Shown here: positions 23,838 to 31,500 of the stretch, piece by piece | How the letters are laid out: the number at the start of each line of letters is the position of its first letter | Numbering within the stretch: the stretch's first letter is position 1 | Assembly (NCBI RefSeq): GCF_000940845.1 | Contig: NZ_CP010341.1 | Coordinates: 1,110,001-1,142,000, forward strand | DNA from: Propionibacterium freudenreichii subsp. freudenreichii | GTDB taxonomy: Bacteria > Actinomycetota > Actinomycetes > Propionibacteriales > Propionibacteriaceae | Reading direction: 5' to 3' | Length of the DNA stretch: 32,000 nt | The notes under the pieces: generated by a model | What the model was told of the DNA's origin: nothing | What the model saw: the letters and a program-made list of their open reading frames with translations, nothing else | Databases searched by the model: none | Position numbers and translations under genes: made by a program

Positions 23838-24194
23838 CTAACCCTCCCCGGATACCTGGACGTATTCCACGATGTTCCCATCGGGATGGCGCGCAACCTA
23901 TCGGGGACCATTGGGTCCCTCGGCAGGACCTTCCAGCAACTGGCCGCCGGCCTTGGTCACCGCAGCGACCACCTCGGCCACATCGCGCACCGCGATCGTC
24001 GCCGCATGGGAGCGCACCCGGGCGTCTGCCCCCTCGATCAGGAGAAAATCGCCGACCCGGGCCAGCCGGGTGGCGCCGAACGTGAAGGTGTGCGGCGATG
24101 ATTGCCCGGTCAATTGCTCATACAGGGGTAACGAGCCTGCCAGGTCGTCAACGTAGATCCGCGCCAGGACCCTGATCACATTCCCCTCAGACAT
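23838..24194 (-). pseudogene. VOC (glyoxalase/bleomycin-resistance-like) family gene with an in-frame premature TAG
   Basis: From ATG 24194 the frame reads MSEGNVIRVLARIYVDDL...LLEGPAEGPNGPR, then TAG (23898-23900), then in the same frame VARHPDGNIVEYVQVSGEG and TAG (23838-23840). The canonical terminal strand HPDGNxxE lies after the stop. Confidence 0.7.
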
Positions 24195-24267
24195 GGCCCC
24201 ATTGTGGGCCCGCGCACAGCGCCCGACCATCACGGCGGGAAAGCGGTGGTGTCCTCCGCGGACGGAC

Positions 24268-24963
24268 TCAGCCCTCCCGCACCCCGAGTTCCAGCGGGGC
24301 GGCGAAGAACCGCAGCTCGTGCCAGCTTGCCTCATTGAACGCCTGCCACATCCGGTGCCGTCCGGGCTCGGTGCTCCGGGCTGCGGCGGCCCCGGCGAAA
24401 CCGATCGCCTGACGGGTCTGTTCGGCAAATTCCTCGTCCGAGTAGGTATCAAGCCAGGAACCGTAGCGATGCCCGGGGCGGTTGAGTCGTGCCAACCGTG
24501 CTCCCACGTCGGCGTAGATCCAATAGCAGGGCAGCACCGCGGCCACGATCTGCCCGTAGTCACGGCCGGCGGCCACGTCGGCAAGCTGGTCCAGGTAGGC
24601 CTGCGTGACCGGGCTGGGCGCCAGGTGGGCCATGGCATCGGCCGGAATCCAGGACTTGTGCAGCTCAAGCTCCATCGCCACCGAGCTCTGGGCGCCATGG
24701 GTCCAGAACTCCTGTTCTGCCGGGGTTGGCGACACCTCACCGGCAGCGGCCAGGATCCGGGCATAGTCGTGCAGGTAGAGGGCGTCCTGACGCAGGTACC
24801 ACAGGAAGGCCTCACGGGGCAGGCTGCCGTCGCCCAGTCCACGGATGAATTCCAGCTCGTCGATCTGGCGACGGATGTCACCAATGCGGCCCCACCAACC
24901 GTCGGTGATCTGCCGGCCAACGGCCGCCGGGCCGGAGGTGGGGGGATCGGTCTGCATGCGCAT
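24268..24963 (-). CDS. tenA: TenA/thiaminase II family protein (aminopyrimidine aminohydrolase)
   Basis: FIRGLGDGSLPREAFLWYLRQDALYLHDYAR and VAAVLPCYWIYADVG are TenA_C/PQQC-type motifs. The start is ATG 24963 or 24957. Upstream codons of track ORF 24268..25197 belong to the leader. Confidence 0.88.
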   Translation of the reverse strand: MRMQTDPPTSGPAAVGRQITDGWWGRIGDIRRQIDELEFIRGLGDGSLPREAFLWYLRQDALYLHDYARILAAAGEVSPTPAEQEFWTHGAQSSVAMELELHKSWIPADAMAHLAPSPVTQAYLDQLADVAAGRDYGQIVAAVLPCYWIYADVGARLARLNRPGHRYGSWLDTYSDEEFAEQTRQAIGFAGAAAARSTEPGRHRMWQAFNEASWHELRFFAAPLELGVREG

Positions 24964-24973
24964 CAAGGCGACA

Positions 24974-25037
24974 TCCCTTCGTTGGTACGGCCTGGACCAG
25001 GTTCGACGGGCGCGATCTCGACCCGCTGGGGCGCCCC
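24974..25037 (-). promoter_or_regulatory. TPP (THI-box) riboswitch-like element in the tenA leader; divergent
   Basis: The minus-strand RNA reads GGGGCGC-CCCAGCGGG-UCGAGA-UC-GCGCCC-GUC-GAACCUGGUCCAGGCCGUACCAACGAAGGGA. It resembles the THI consensus GGGGUGC..CUGAGA..ACCC..GAACCUGAUC.GG.UAAU.CC.GCG.AGGGA, and the 3' half has the same length. However, CUGAGA reads UCGAGA, P3 is tiny and P5 is out of register. AAGGGA doubles as a Shine-Dalgarno sequence 10 nt before the ATG. Confidence 0.4.
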
Positions 25038-25132
25038 GTGACATGGGTGTGGCCGTCAGCGTAGCGTCGGCCCCACCGCGGGGGCGGTAGCGACTCTCGT
25101 GATCGCTTCTGTTGCTGCATAGACTGCATGCC

Positions 25133-27001
25133 ATGGCCGGACGTATCAATGACGAGGACATCGCCCTCGTTCGTGAGCGTGCCCGCATCGACAACATCGT
25201 CGGTGCCTATGTCACCCTTCGCAATGCCGGGGGCGGCTCGCTGAAGGGCCTGTGCCCCTTCCATGACGAGAAGACGCCCAGCTTCCAGGTGACGCCGGCC
25301 CGCGGCCTGTTCTACTGCTTCGGCTGCGGGGTGGGCGGCGATGTGATCACCTTCATGCAGAAGATCGACAACCTCACCTTCACCGAGGCGGTCCAGACCC
25401 TGGCCGACAAGGTGGGGGTGCAACTGCGGATCGTCGACGACGGCAAGCCGTCACTCCCGGCCGGGCTGCGGGTCCGCATCATGGAGGCCAACAAGCTGGC
25501 CGCCGAGTTCTACTCGAAGGCGCTGGCCGCTCCGGAAGCGCTCGAGGCGCGGCGCATGCTCGACGGGCGTGGCTTCGACCGTCCGGCGGCCGAACACTTC
25601 GGCGTGGGCTATGCGCCCCGTGACGGACGCGCCCTGCACCGCCACCTCAACCACGCCGGATTCCGTGACGACGAGCTCGTATCAGCCGGCCTCATCCGCG
25701 AACATGGGGGTTGGGACTACTTCCAGGGCCGGGTGATGTGGCCGATCAAGGACTCCGGGGCGTCAGTGCTCGGATTCGGTGCCCGCCACCTGTATGACGA
25801 TGACCGGCTGCCCGCCAAGTACATCAACACGCCCGAGACGCCGGTCTACAGGAAGTCGCACGTGCTCTATGGCCTTGACCTGGCCCGGCAGAACATCGGC
25901 AAGAAGCTCCAGGCCGTGGTGATGGAGGGCTATACCGACGTGATGTCCGCCCACCTCGCCGGCGTGGACACGGCGGTGGCGGTCTGTGGCACCGCCTTCG
26001 GGCCGGACCATGCCCGGCTGCTGCAACGGCTGATGGGCAACAACGATTCGACCCAGGGCGAGATCGTCTTCACCTTCGACGGAGACAAGGCCGGTCAGGC
26101 GGCCGCACTGAAGGTGTACAAGCTGGACCGCTCCTTCACCACCCAGACCTATGTGGCCGTCGAACCGAACGGCCTGGATCCCTGTGACCTGAGAATGGCC
26201 AAGGGCGATGCCGCAGTACGCGAACTTGTCGGACGTCGCGAGCCCCTCTACCGCTATGTGATGGCCCACACGGTCGCCGGATACGACCTGGATCGGGCCG
26301 ACGGCAGGGTCGCTGCGGTGCGAGCGGCGGCCGGGATGCTGGCCTCCATCCGCGATGCCAACCTGGTGGGGGAATATGTGCGGGACCTGTCCCGACTGGT
26401 CGGCATGGACGTGGACGAGGTGCGGCGCATCCTCAAGCAGGCCCGCAATCAGGGTGCCGGCGGACGCCGCGAGCCCCCGGTGCCGGTGGTCAGCGAGGAT
26501 GCCGATCCGGTGGAACCGGGCGACTCCCCGGGGTGGCCCGATCGCAATGACCGGAACCTGGATGTCGAGCGGGGCACGTTGAAGCTGATGCTCCAGCATC
26601 CGACGTTGTTCGATACCGCCTGGAACGGCGTGTCGACCTCCGATTTCACCCACCCGGCGTTCCGGGCGTTGTTCGGCGCGATCCTGTCGACCCCCTATGT
26701 CCCGACCGGATGGACCGACAGCCTTCAGCAGGCCACCGGCGACGAGCTGGTCCGCCAGCTGGAGATTGCACTCCTGGTGGAGCCCATCCTGCGCAGTCCG
26801 GATGAGGGATATGCCTCGGCCTACACCTCGCGCCTGAAGCTGCTCACCACGGCTCGGGCGATCGACGATCTCAAGTCGCGGCTGCAGCGGACCAATCCGC
26901 TCCAGGACAAGGACGCCTACGACGCCATGTTCATGAAGCTGCTCGACCTCGAGACCAGCCGCAAGAAGCTGTCCCAGGCCAGTCTCGGCCTCACCGAATA
27001 G
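25133..27001 (+). CDS. dnaG: DNA primase
   Basis: Zinc-finger region GLCPFHDEKTPSFQVTP..FYCFGCGVGGDVITF, and a TOPRIM region (VVMEGYTDVM, TFDGDKAG). ATG 25133 gives the usual MAGRI.. N-terminus. Confidence 0.95.
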   Translation: MAGRINDEDIALVRERARIDNIVGAYVTLRNAGGGSLKGLCPFHDEKTPSFQVTPARGLFYCFGCGVGGDVITFMQKIDNLTFTEAVQTLADKVGVQLRIVDDGKPSLPAGLRVRIMEANKLAAEFYSKALAAPEALEARRMLDGRGFDRPAAEHFGVGYAPRDGRALHRHLNHAGFRDDELVSAGLIREHGGWDYFQGRVMWPIKDSGASVLGFGARHLYDDDRLPAKYINTPETPVYRKSHVLYGLDLARQNIGKKLQAVVMEGYTDVMSAHLAGVDTAVAVCGTAFGPDHARLLQRLMGNNDSTQGEIVFTFDGDKAGQAAALKVYKLDRSFTTQTYVAVEPNGLDPCDLRMAKGDAAVRELVGRREPLYRYVMAHTVAGYDLDRADGRVAAVRAAAGMLASIRDANLVGEYVRDLSRLVGMDVDEVRRILKQARNQGAGGRREPPVPVVSEDADPVEPGDSPGWPDRNDRNLDVERGTLKLMLQHPTLFDTAWNGVSTSDFTHPAFRALFGAILSTPYVPTGWTDSLQQATGDELVRQLEIALLVEPILRSPDEGYASAYTSRLKLLTTARAIDDLKSRLQRTNPLQDKDAYDAMFMKLLDLETSRKKLSQASLGLTE

Positions 27002-27073
27002 GGCCCCGGCCCCACGCCCGACCCCAACGGCCGTCCACAGGCCCGGGAACGCCCTGCCGGATCATCCACAGGC

Positions 27074-27928
27074 ATGGTGGCGCCGACGACCCGCCGGCAG
27101 ACTGCCGCCATGGACGCCACACAGATTGCCAGCATCTCCCCTCGCCTGGACGCAGCCGATGAGCGGGAGCTCGCCCGCCTGATCGAGGCCGGCGTCTTTG
27201 CCGGCCATGCCCTCGAGCAGGACCAGTCGCCCTGCGGTGCCAGTGCTGAGGAGCTGAGGCAGGTGGTGGCGCACGGTGAGTTGGCGTGGCAGAAGTTCTT
27301 CGAGGGCAATATCTCCCTGGTGCGTTGTGTGGTCGCCCGTTGGGTGCCGGTCACCCACCCTGATTCGGAGGATCTGGTGCACGAGGGATGCATGGGCCTG
27401 GTGGAGGCGATCATGCGCTTTGACCATGCACTTGGATGGCGGTTCAGCACACTCGCCTGGTACCTGGTGTCCCAGCAGGTTGCCATCGCCGCAGTGGGTA
27501 ATCGCAGCTGTGGATCAGGCACCGTTGCCCATGCCCGGCGCGTGGCGCGGATCGAACGTGCCCGATCACGCGCGTCGGCCAGCCGTGGGGCGCCGGTGTC
27601 AGACCGCGAAGTGGCCGATCTCGTGGGTCGCTCGGTGGAGGCCGTGCGCCGCGACCTGGGCCAGGCCCGGCGCGTCGAGGCCGATCAGGACATCCTGGAG
27701 CAGACCATCCCCGACGAACGACCCGTCCACGATGTCAGCTTCCTGTCGGAACTGGCCGATCAGGAACGCCGTGTCCTGGAGCTCAATTTCGGGATCCGCA
27801 ACGGGCGCGCGCAGACGCTCGTGCAGATCGCGGAGCACATGGGAATGAGCGTCTCGGCGGTGTCCCGCCTCAAGCAGCGGGCCCTGCGTCGGGGCCGGGC
27901 ATTGGTCCACGCCGAACTCGCCGCCTGA
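27074..27928 (+). CDS. Sigma-70 family RNA polymerase sigma factor (not the primary sigma)
   Basis: Region 1.2-like ELARLIEAG, region 2 NISLVRCVVARW...DLVHEGCMGLVEAIMRFDHALGWRFSTLAWYLVSQQV, and region 4 HTH QTLVQIAEHMGMSVSAVSRLKQRAL. The start could instead be ATG 27110. Confidence 0.85.
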   Translation: MVAPTTRRQTAAMDATQIASISPRLDAADERELARLIEAGVFAGHALEQDQSPCGASAEELRQVVAHGELAWQKFFEGNISLVRCVVARWVPVTHPDSEDLVHEGCMGLVEAIMRFDHALGWRFSTLAWYLVSQQVAIAAVGNRSCGSGTVAHARRVARIERARSRASASRGAPVSDREVADLVGRSVEAVRRDLGQARRVEADQDILEQTIPDERPVHDVSFLSELADQERRVLELNFGIRNGRAQTLVQIAEHMGMSVSAVSRLKQRALRRGRALVHAELAA

Positions 27929-28007
27929 CCGACCGCGCCGATCATGCGGGCTTGCCGGACCCCGGAGGCCCGTCGGACAGGAACGCTGTCACAGGGCGGA
28001 ATCCGCA

Positions 28008-28574
28008 ATGGGCCACAATTGGGTCATGGCATCTTCTCGTGACACCCATGCCGGCCCCGGCCGGGAACAGCTCAAGGCGCTGTCGACTGTCCTGGGTCAT
28101 CGACCCTCCGTGCTGGCGACGGCTTCGGGACCCACCGGGACCTGCCTGGCCACGCCGGAGGCCTTCTGCGTGCTGACGACCGAGGTGCCCACATCCGACG
28201 CCGGGCAGTCCGGCCGGGGAACGTGGCAGGTCATCGGTTGGGAGAACATCCAGAATGGCGATTGGGACAACGCCACCAAGACCCTGTCGTGGCTCCTGCT
28301 CGACGGCACGGTCGGACAGATCGCCGTGACGACCACGGATCGTCTCCCGGGAGTCTTCCGCGAACGGGTGCGGGCGTCCATCCTGGTGGAGGACACCAGT
28401 GAGGTCTCGGAGGGAAAGGGCTCGGTGCTCATCGCGGGACGTCGCAATCCGGTGGCCGACGGTCCCATCACCTGGACTGCACAGCCCCTCAAGCGCACGA
28501 ACATGGCGGACCCCGAAGTCCGGGAACACATCGTGCGCCGCACCGCTGAGCTGCGCGACGAGTACGAGCTGTGA
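28008..28574 (+). CDS. Hypothetical protein
   Basis: 188-aa ORF with a coding-like composition and no motif that I recognise. The start could be the ATG at 28026. Confidence 0.6.
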   Translation: MGHNWVMASSRDTHAGPGREQLKALSTVLGHRPSVLATASGPTGTCLATPEAFCVLTTEVPTSDAGQSGRGTWQVIGWENIQNGDWDNATKTLSWLLLDGTVGQIAVTTTDRLPGVFRERVRASILVEDTSEVSEGKGSVLIAGRRNPVADGPITWTAQPLKRTNMADPEVREHIVRRTAELRDEYEL

Positions 28575-28602
28575 GCGACCGCCCCAGGCGCCCGGATTTT
28601 TC

Positions 28603-28631
28603 TTGACAGGTCATTGCTGGTATCGTTTTAC
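28603..28631 (+). promoter_or_regulatory. Candidate promoter for tRNA-Asn
   Basis: Consensus -35 TTGACA at 28603-28608 in a T-rich context, then a 17-nt spacer to the weak -10 TTTTAC (28626-28631). It lies 27 nt upstream of the tRNA. Confidence 0.35.
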
Positions 28632-28657
28632 GAGCGTTGGGCAGCTTGCCCAGCCGA

Positions 28658-28730
28658 TCCCTGGTAGCTCAATTGGCAGAGCATCTGACTGTTAATCAGA
28701 GGGTTACTGGTTCGAGTCCAGTCCGGGGAG
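28658..28730 (+). tRNA. tRNA-Asn (anticodon GTT); CCA encoded at 28731-28733
   Basis: Hand-folded cloverleaf: acceptor TCCCTGG/CCGGGGA (one G.T pair), D stem GCTC/GAGC, anticodon stem TCTGA/TCAGA with loop CTGTTAA, T arm ACTGG-TTCGAGT-CCAGT. Confidence 0.92.
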
Positions 28731-28743
28731 CCAACCATGTGAG

Positions 28744-28774
28744 GGCACCCGCCGGTATCCGGCAGGTGCCTTTT
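28744..28774 (+). terminator. Rho-independent terminator after tRNA-Asn
   Basis: GGCACCCGCCGG-TAT-CCGGCAGGTGCC (12-bp stem with one mismatch), followed directly by TTTT. Confidence 0.8.
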
Positions 28775-28904
28775 CCATGTCCCGACATCACGCCGGCTGT
28801 GGCCGCACGGGCCGTGCCCCGGGAGCCCGCGAGGCGCCCCGGGTACGCGACCGGGACGCGCCACCGAACCCTGTTCAGCCCGGTGGCGCGTCGCCGGGTC
28901 CCGA

Positions 28905-30119
28905 TTACGCGGCGGCGATGGGTGCCGGCTGACCGATTCGGGCCAGCAGCTGGGTGTACCAATCAAGGGTGATGTCGAAGGGCTTGTGGCCCGCGATCCG
29001 CTTGAAGTCGATCACGCTCAGCTTGTCGCCTGCCTCCTCGTCCTGACCGACCACGCCGGGGGTGCCGGCCAGCGCCGCATCAACCGCCATCGTGGCGGTG
29101 GCGGCGATGAGCTCCAGGTCCTGGGCATTCGACTTGGCGGAGCGGCTGAAGTAACCGGACTTCTGCACCATGGTCTTGCCCGCACCGATGCGCTCGGCGA
29201 ACTGCTTGGCGAACCACGCCCCGGGATTGATCTTGTCGAGCTGCACGTGGCCGAAGGCGTCAGTGGGCACCTCCTGGCCCGTGGCCTGCATCTGGGCGAC
29301 GATATCGGGAACGCCGGCTCCCTCCGAGATGAAGATATTGACGCTTCCCACCTCGTCCATCACGGTGCGCAGGCGCTCGGCCTCGGCGTCCAGGTCGATC
29401 GTGGCCTCCGGCACGTACAGGGCGTGGATATCCCAGCCACGTCGGTCGAGACCGGCCTCCGGGAGCCACTGCTGCGCGTCGAGCCAGGCCACGTAACGCC
29501 GCGAGGTCTCGGCCGCCAGATAGCCGCAGTTGCGGCCCATGATCTCGTGGATGATGAGTTCGCGCGGAGCAGCATTGTGCTCGGCGATCACATTCGCCGC
29601 GAAGCGGGCCCCCTCGTCGGCGGCCGTCCAGGCACCCAGCGACTGGCGGATGGGCACGATGTCGTTGTCGATCGTCTTGGGCAGCCCCACAACCGTCAGC
29701 GGGTAGTCATGCTGTGCCAGGTAGGCGGCCAGGTCGGCGGCCGTGGTGTTGGTGTCGTCGCCCCCGATCGTGTGCAGCACGTCGACCCCGTCGGCAATCA
29801 GCTGATCGGCGGCAACCTTGAGGGGATCATCGCCGGAAGCAACCAGGCCCCGCGCAACCAGGTCCTTCACATTGGTGAGCTTGACCCGGGAGTTCCCGAT
29901 CGGTGACCCGCCGAAGCTGAAGAGCCGGTCGTAGTGTGCGCGCACGGCAGGGGAGAACTCGAGGGAATCGCCCTTGAGCAGGCCCTCATAGCCATAGCGA
30001 TAGCCGATGAGGGTCGTTTCGGGTGATACCTCGGTATAGCGCTTGATGAGCTCAGCGATGGCCGAGGAAAGACAGGGGGCGAAGCCACCAGCGGTCAGCA
30101 GAGCGACCTTTTTCACCAT
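28905..30119 (-). CDS. pfp: Pyrophosphate--fructose-6-phosphate 1-phosphotransferase (PPi-dependent phosphofructokinase)
   Basis: 404 aa. MVKKVALLTAGGFAPCLSS.., HTIGGDDTNTTA and GLPKTIDNDI are PFK motifs. The sequence reads like the classical Propionibacterium PPi-PFK, judged from memory. Confidence 0.93.
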   Translation of the reverse strand: MVKKVALLTAGGFAPCLSSAIAELIKRYTEVSPETTLIGYRYGYEGLLKGDSLEFSPAVRAHYDRLFSFGGSPIGNSRVKLTNVKDLVARGLVASGDDPLKVAADQLIADGVDVLHTIGGDDTNTTAADLAAYLAQHDYPLTVVGLPKTIDNDIVPIRQSLGAWTAADEGARFAANVIAEHNAAPRELIIHEIMGRNCGYLAAETSRRYVAWLDAQQWLPEAGLDRRGWDIHALYVPEATIDLDAEAERLRTVMDEVGSVNIFISEGAGVPDIVAQMQATGQEVPTDAFGHVQLDKINPGAWFAKQFAERIGAGKTMVQKSGYFSRSAKSNAQDLELIAATATMAVDAALAGTPGVVGQDEEAGDKLSVIDFKRIAGHKPFDITLDWYTQLLARIGQPAPIAAA

Positions 30120-30342
30120 TGAGATGGGCCTTTCTTGTGAATGAGTGTCGGCCTGCCGGGCAGCGGCCGACCACCCTCAGCCTAAGGCAATCGGCGGGCG
30201 CGCGCCGTGCGGGCACCGCCCGGTCCCATGGCCGTACCGGGCACCCGGTTGGGCACCTGTGTCGGCGGCACCGCGGGCACGAAGCTTGTCGCCGCGCCCG
30301 GCGCTGTGTGACAGTAGGGGCCAACCCCCCCAGGAGAACTCC

Positions 30343-30765
30343 ATGAACCATCCACGACGTGAAGTGCGCCCTCGGCCTGACGACGAGCGCGGCGCGAGCG
30401 TGAGCGTCCTCATCGCCGCGTGCATTCCCGCTTTCATCCTCATCTGCGGCCTTGCCGTCGACGGGGCCCACCAGGTCAGCGCGCAAAGGGCCGCGACGGT
30501 CACTGCGGCGCAGGCTGCACGCGTGGGCAGCGACTCCGCGGCAACCGGCCGCCTCAATGGCCTCGACGCCCGCCAGGAGGCGATGCGCGCCGCCCGGGAG
30601 CATGTGGGCACCCAACCCGGCATGGCCTGCACAGTGGGGATCGACGCGAATGATCGGGTACACGTCGAGGTGAGCACCCGGGCGGACACCGCCTTCCTGT
30701 CGATCGTCGGGATCAACCACCTGAACGCCCGCGGCGCGGCGACGGCAGAGCTGCGCCCGGTCTGA
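30343..30765 (+). CDS. TadE/TadG-like (Flp pilus-assembly) family protein
   Basis: ATG 30343 is preceded by AGGAGA at 30332-30337. ERGASVSVLIAACIPAFILICGLAVDGAHQVSAQRAATVTAAQAARVG matches the TadE/G-like N-terminal pattern. Upstream codons of track ORF 30145.. are an extension shadow. Confidence 0.65.
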   Translation: MNHPRREVRPRPDDERGASVSVLIAACIPAFILICGLAVDGAHQVSAQRAATVTAAQAARVGSDSAATGRLNGLDARQEAMRAAREHVGTQPGMACTVGIDANDRVHVEVSTRADTAFLSIVGINHLNARGAATAELRPV

Positions 30766-30833
30766 ACAGGGGCATTTCACGCCACTTGCCCGGCACGCAC
30801 GCCTCAGCAGTGTGGATTGCCTAGTCTTGGGCC

Positions 30834-31451
30834 ATGGCTCGTTATTACCCGGTTCACCCGGAGAATCCGCAGGCCCGCTCGATCCACCAGGTGGCCGACC
30901 TGCTCCGCGAGGGCGCGGTGATCGCCTATCCGACCGATTCCGGCTTTGCCCTGGGCACCTTGTTCGGCAACAAGGAGGGCATCGACACGATGCGGCGCAT
31001 CCGTGATCTGGATGAACGCCACCACCTGTCCGTCGTGGTCAGCGAGTTCGCCCAGCTGGGCCGCTACGTCGACATGGACAATCGCGAATTCCGCGCGATC
31101 AAGGCCTCGACGCCGGGCCCCTTCACCTTCATCCTGCGTGCCACCCGTGAGGTGCCCCGCAGCATGCAGCACCCCAACAAGACGGTGGGCGTGCGGGTGC
31201 CCGACCATGTCACCGCCCTGGCCCTGCTCGACGAGCTCGATGAACCGCTGGTCTCCAGCACGCTGATCCTGCCGGGTCAGGAAGAGCCGATGAGCGAGGG
31301 CTGGCAGATCAAGGAAGCACTGGACAATGACATCGCCGCCGTGCTCGATTCCGGCGACGTTGGCCATGTTCCCACGACCGTGGTCGACCTGACCGGCGAA
31401 GAGCCGGTGGTGGTCCGCCGCGGCGGTGGCAAGACCGAGCTGTTCGACTGA
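30834..31451 (+). CDS. tsaC: L-threonylcarbamoyladenylate synthase (YrdC/TsaC/Sua5 family)
   Basis: VIAYPTDSGFALG, KTVGVRVPDH and SSTLILPGQ are YrdC-domain motifs. Confidence 0.88.
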   Translation: MARYYPVHPENPQARSIHQVADLLREGAVIAYPTDSGFALGTLFGNKEGIDTMRRIRDLDERHHLSVVVSEFAQLGRYVDMDNREFRAIKASTPGPFTFILRATREVPRSMQHPNKTVGVRVPDHVTALALLDELDEPLVSSTLILPGQEEPMSEGWQIKEALDNDIAAVLDSGDVGHVPTTVVDLTGEEPVVVRRGGGKTELFD

Positions 31452-31500
31452 CCTGCGGACCTGCCTTCCTGCTGCCGACGCGGGCAGCGGGAGGGCGCCG

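Noticed and set aside
23898-24920. A 340-aa minus-strand ORF.
   Set aside because: Only its last 98 codons (from ATG 24194) look like a real protein of the VOC family. The rest is a P/R/W-rich frame running across the tenA coding region.
30148-30176. A hairpin GTCGGCC..GGCCGAC in the pfp 5' leader, considered as a regulatory RNA element.
   Set aside because: It is a short GC-rich stem of a kind abundant in this genome. It resembles no riboswitch class I know, and conservation cannot be judged from one sequence.
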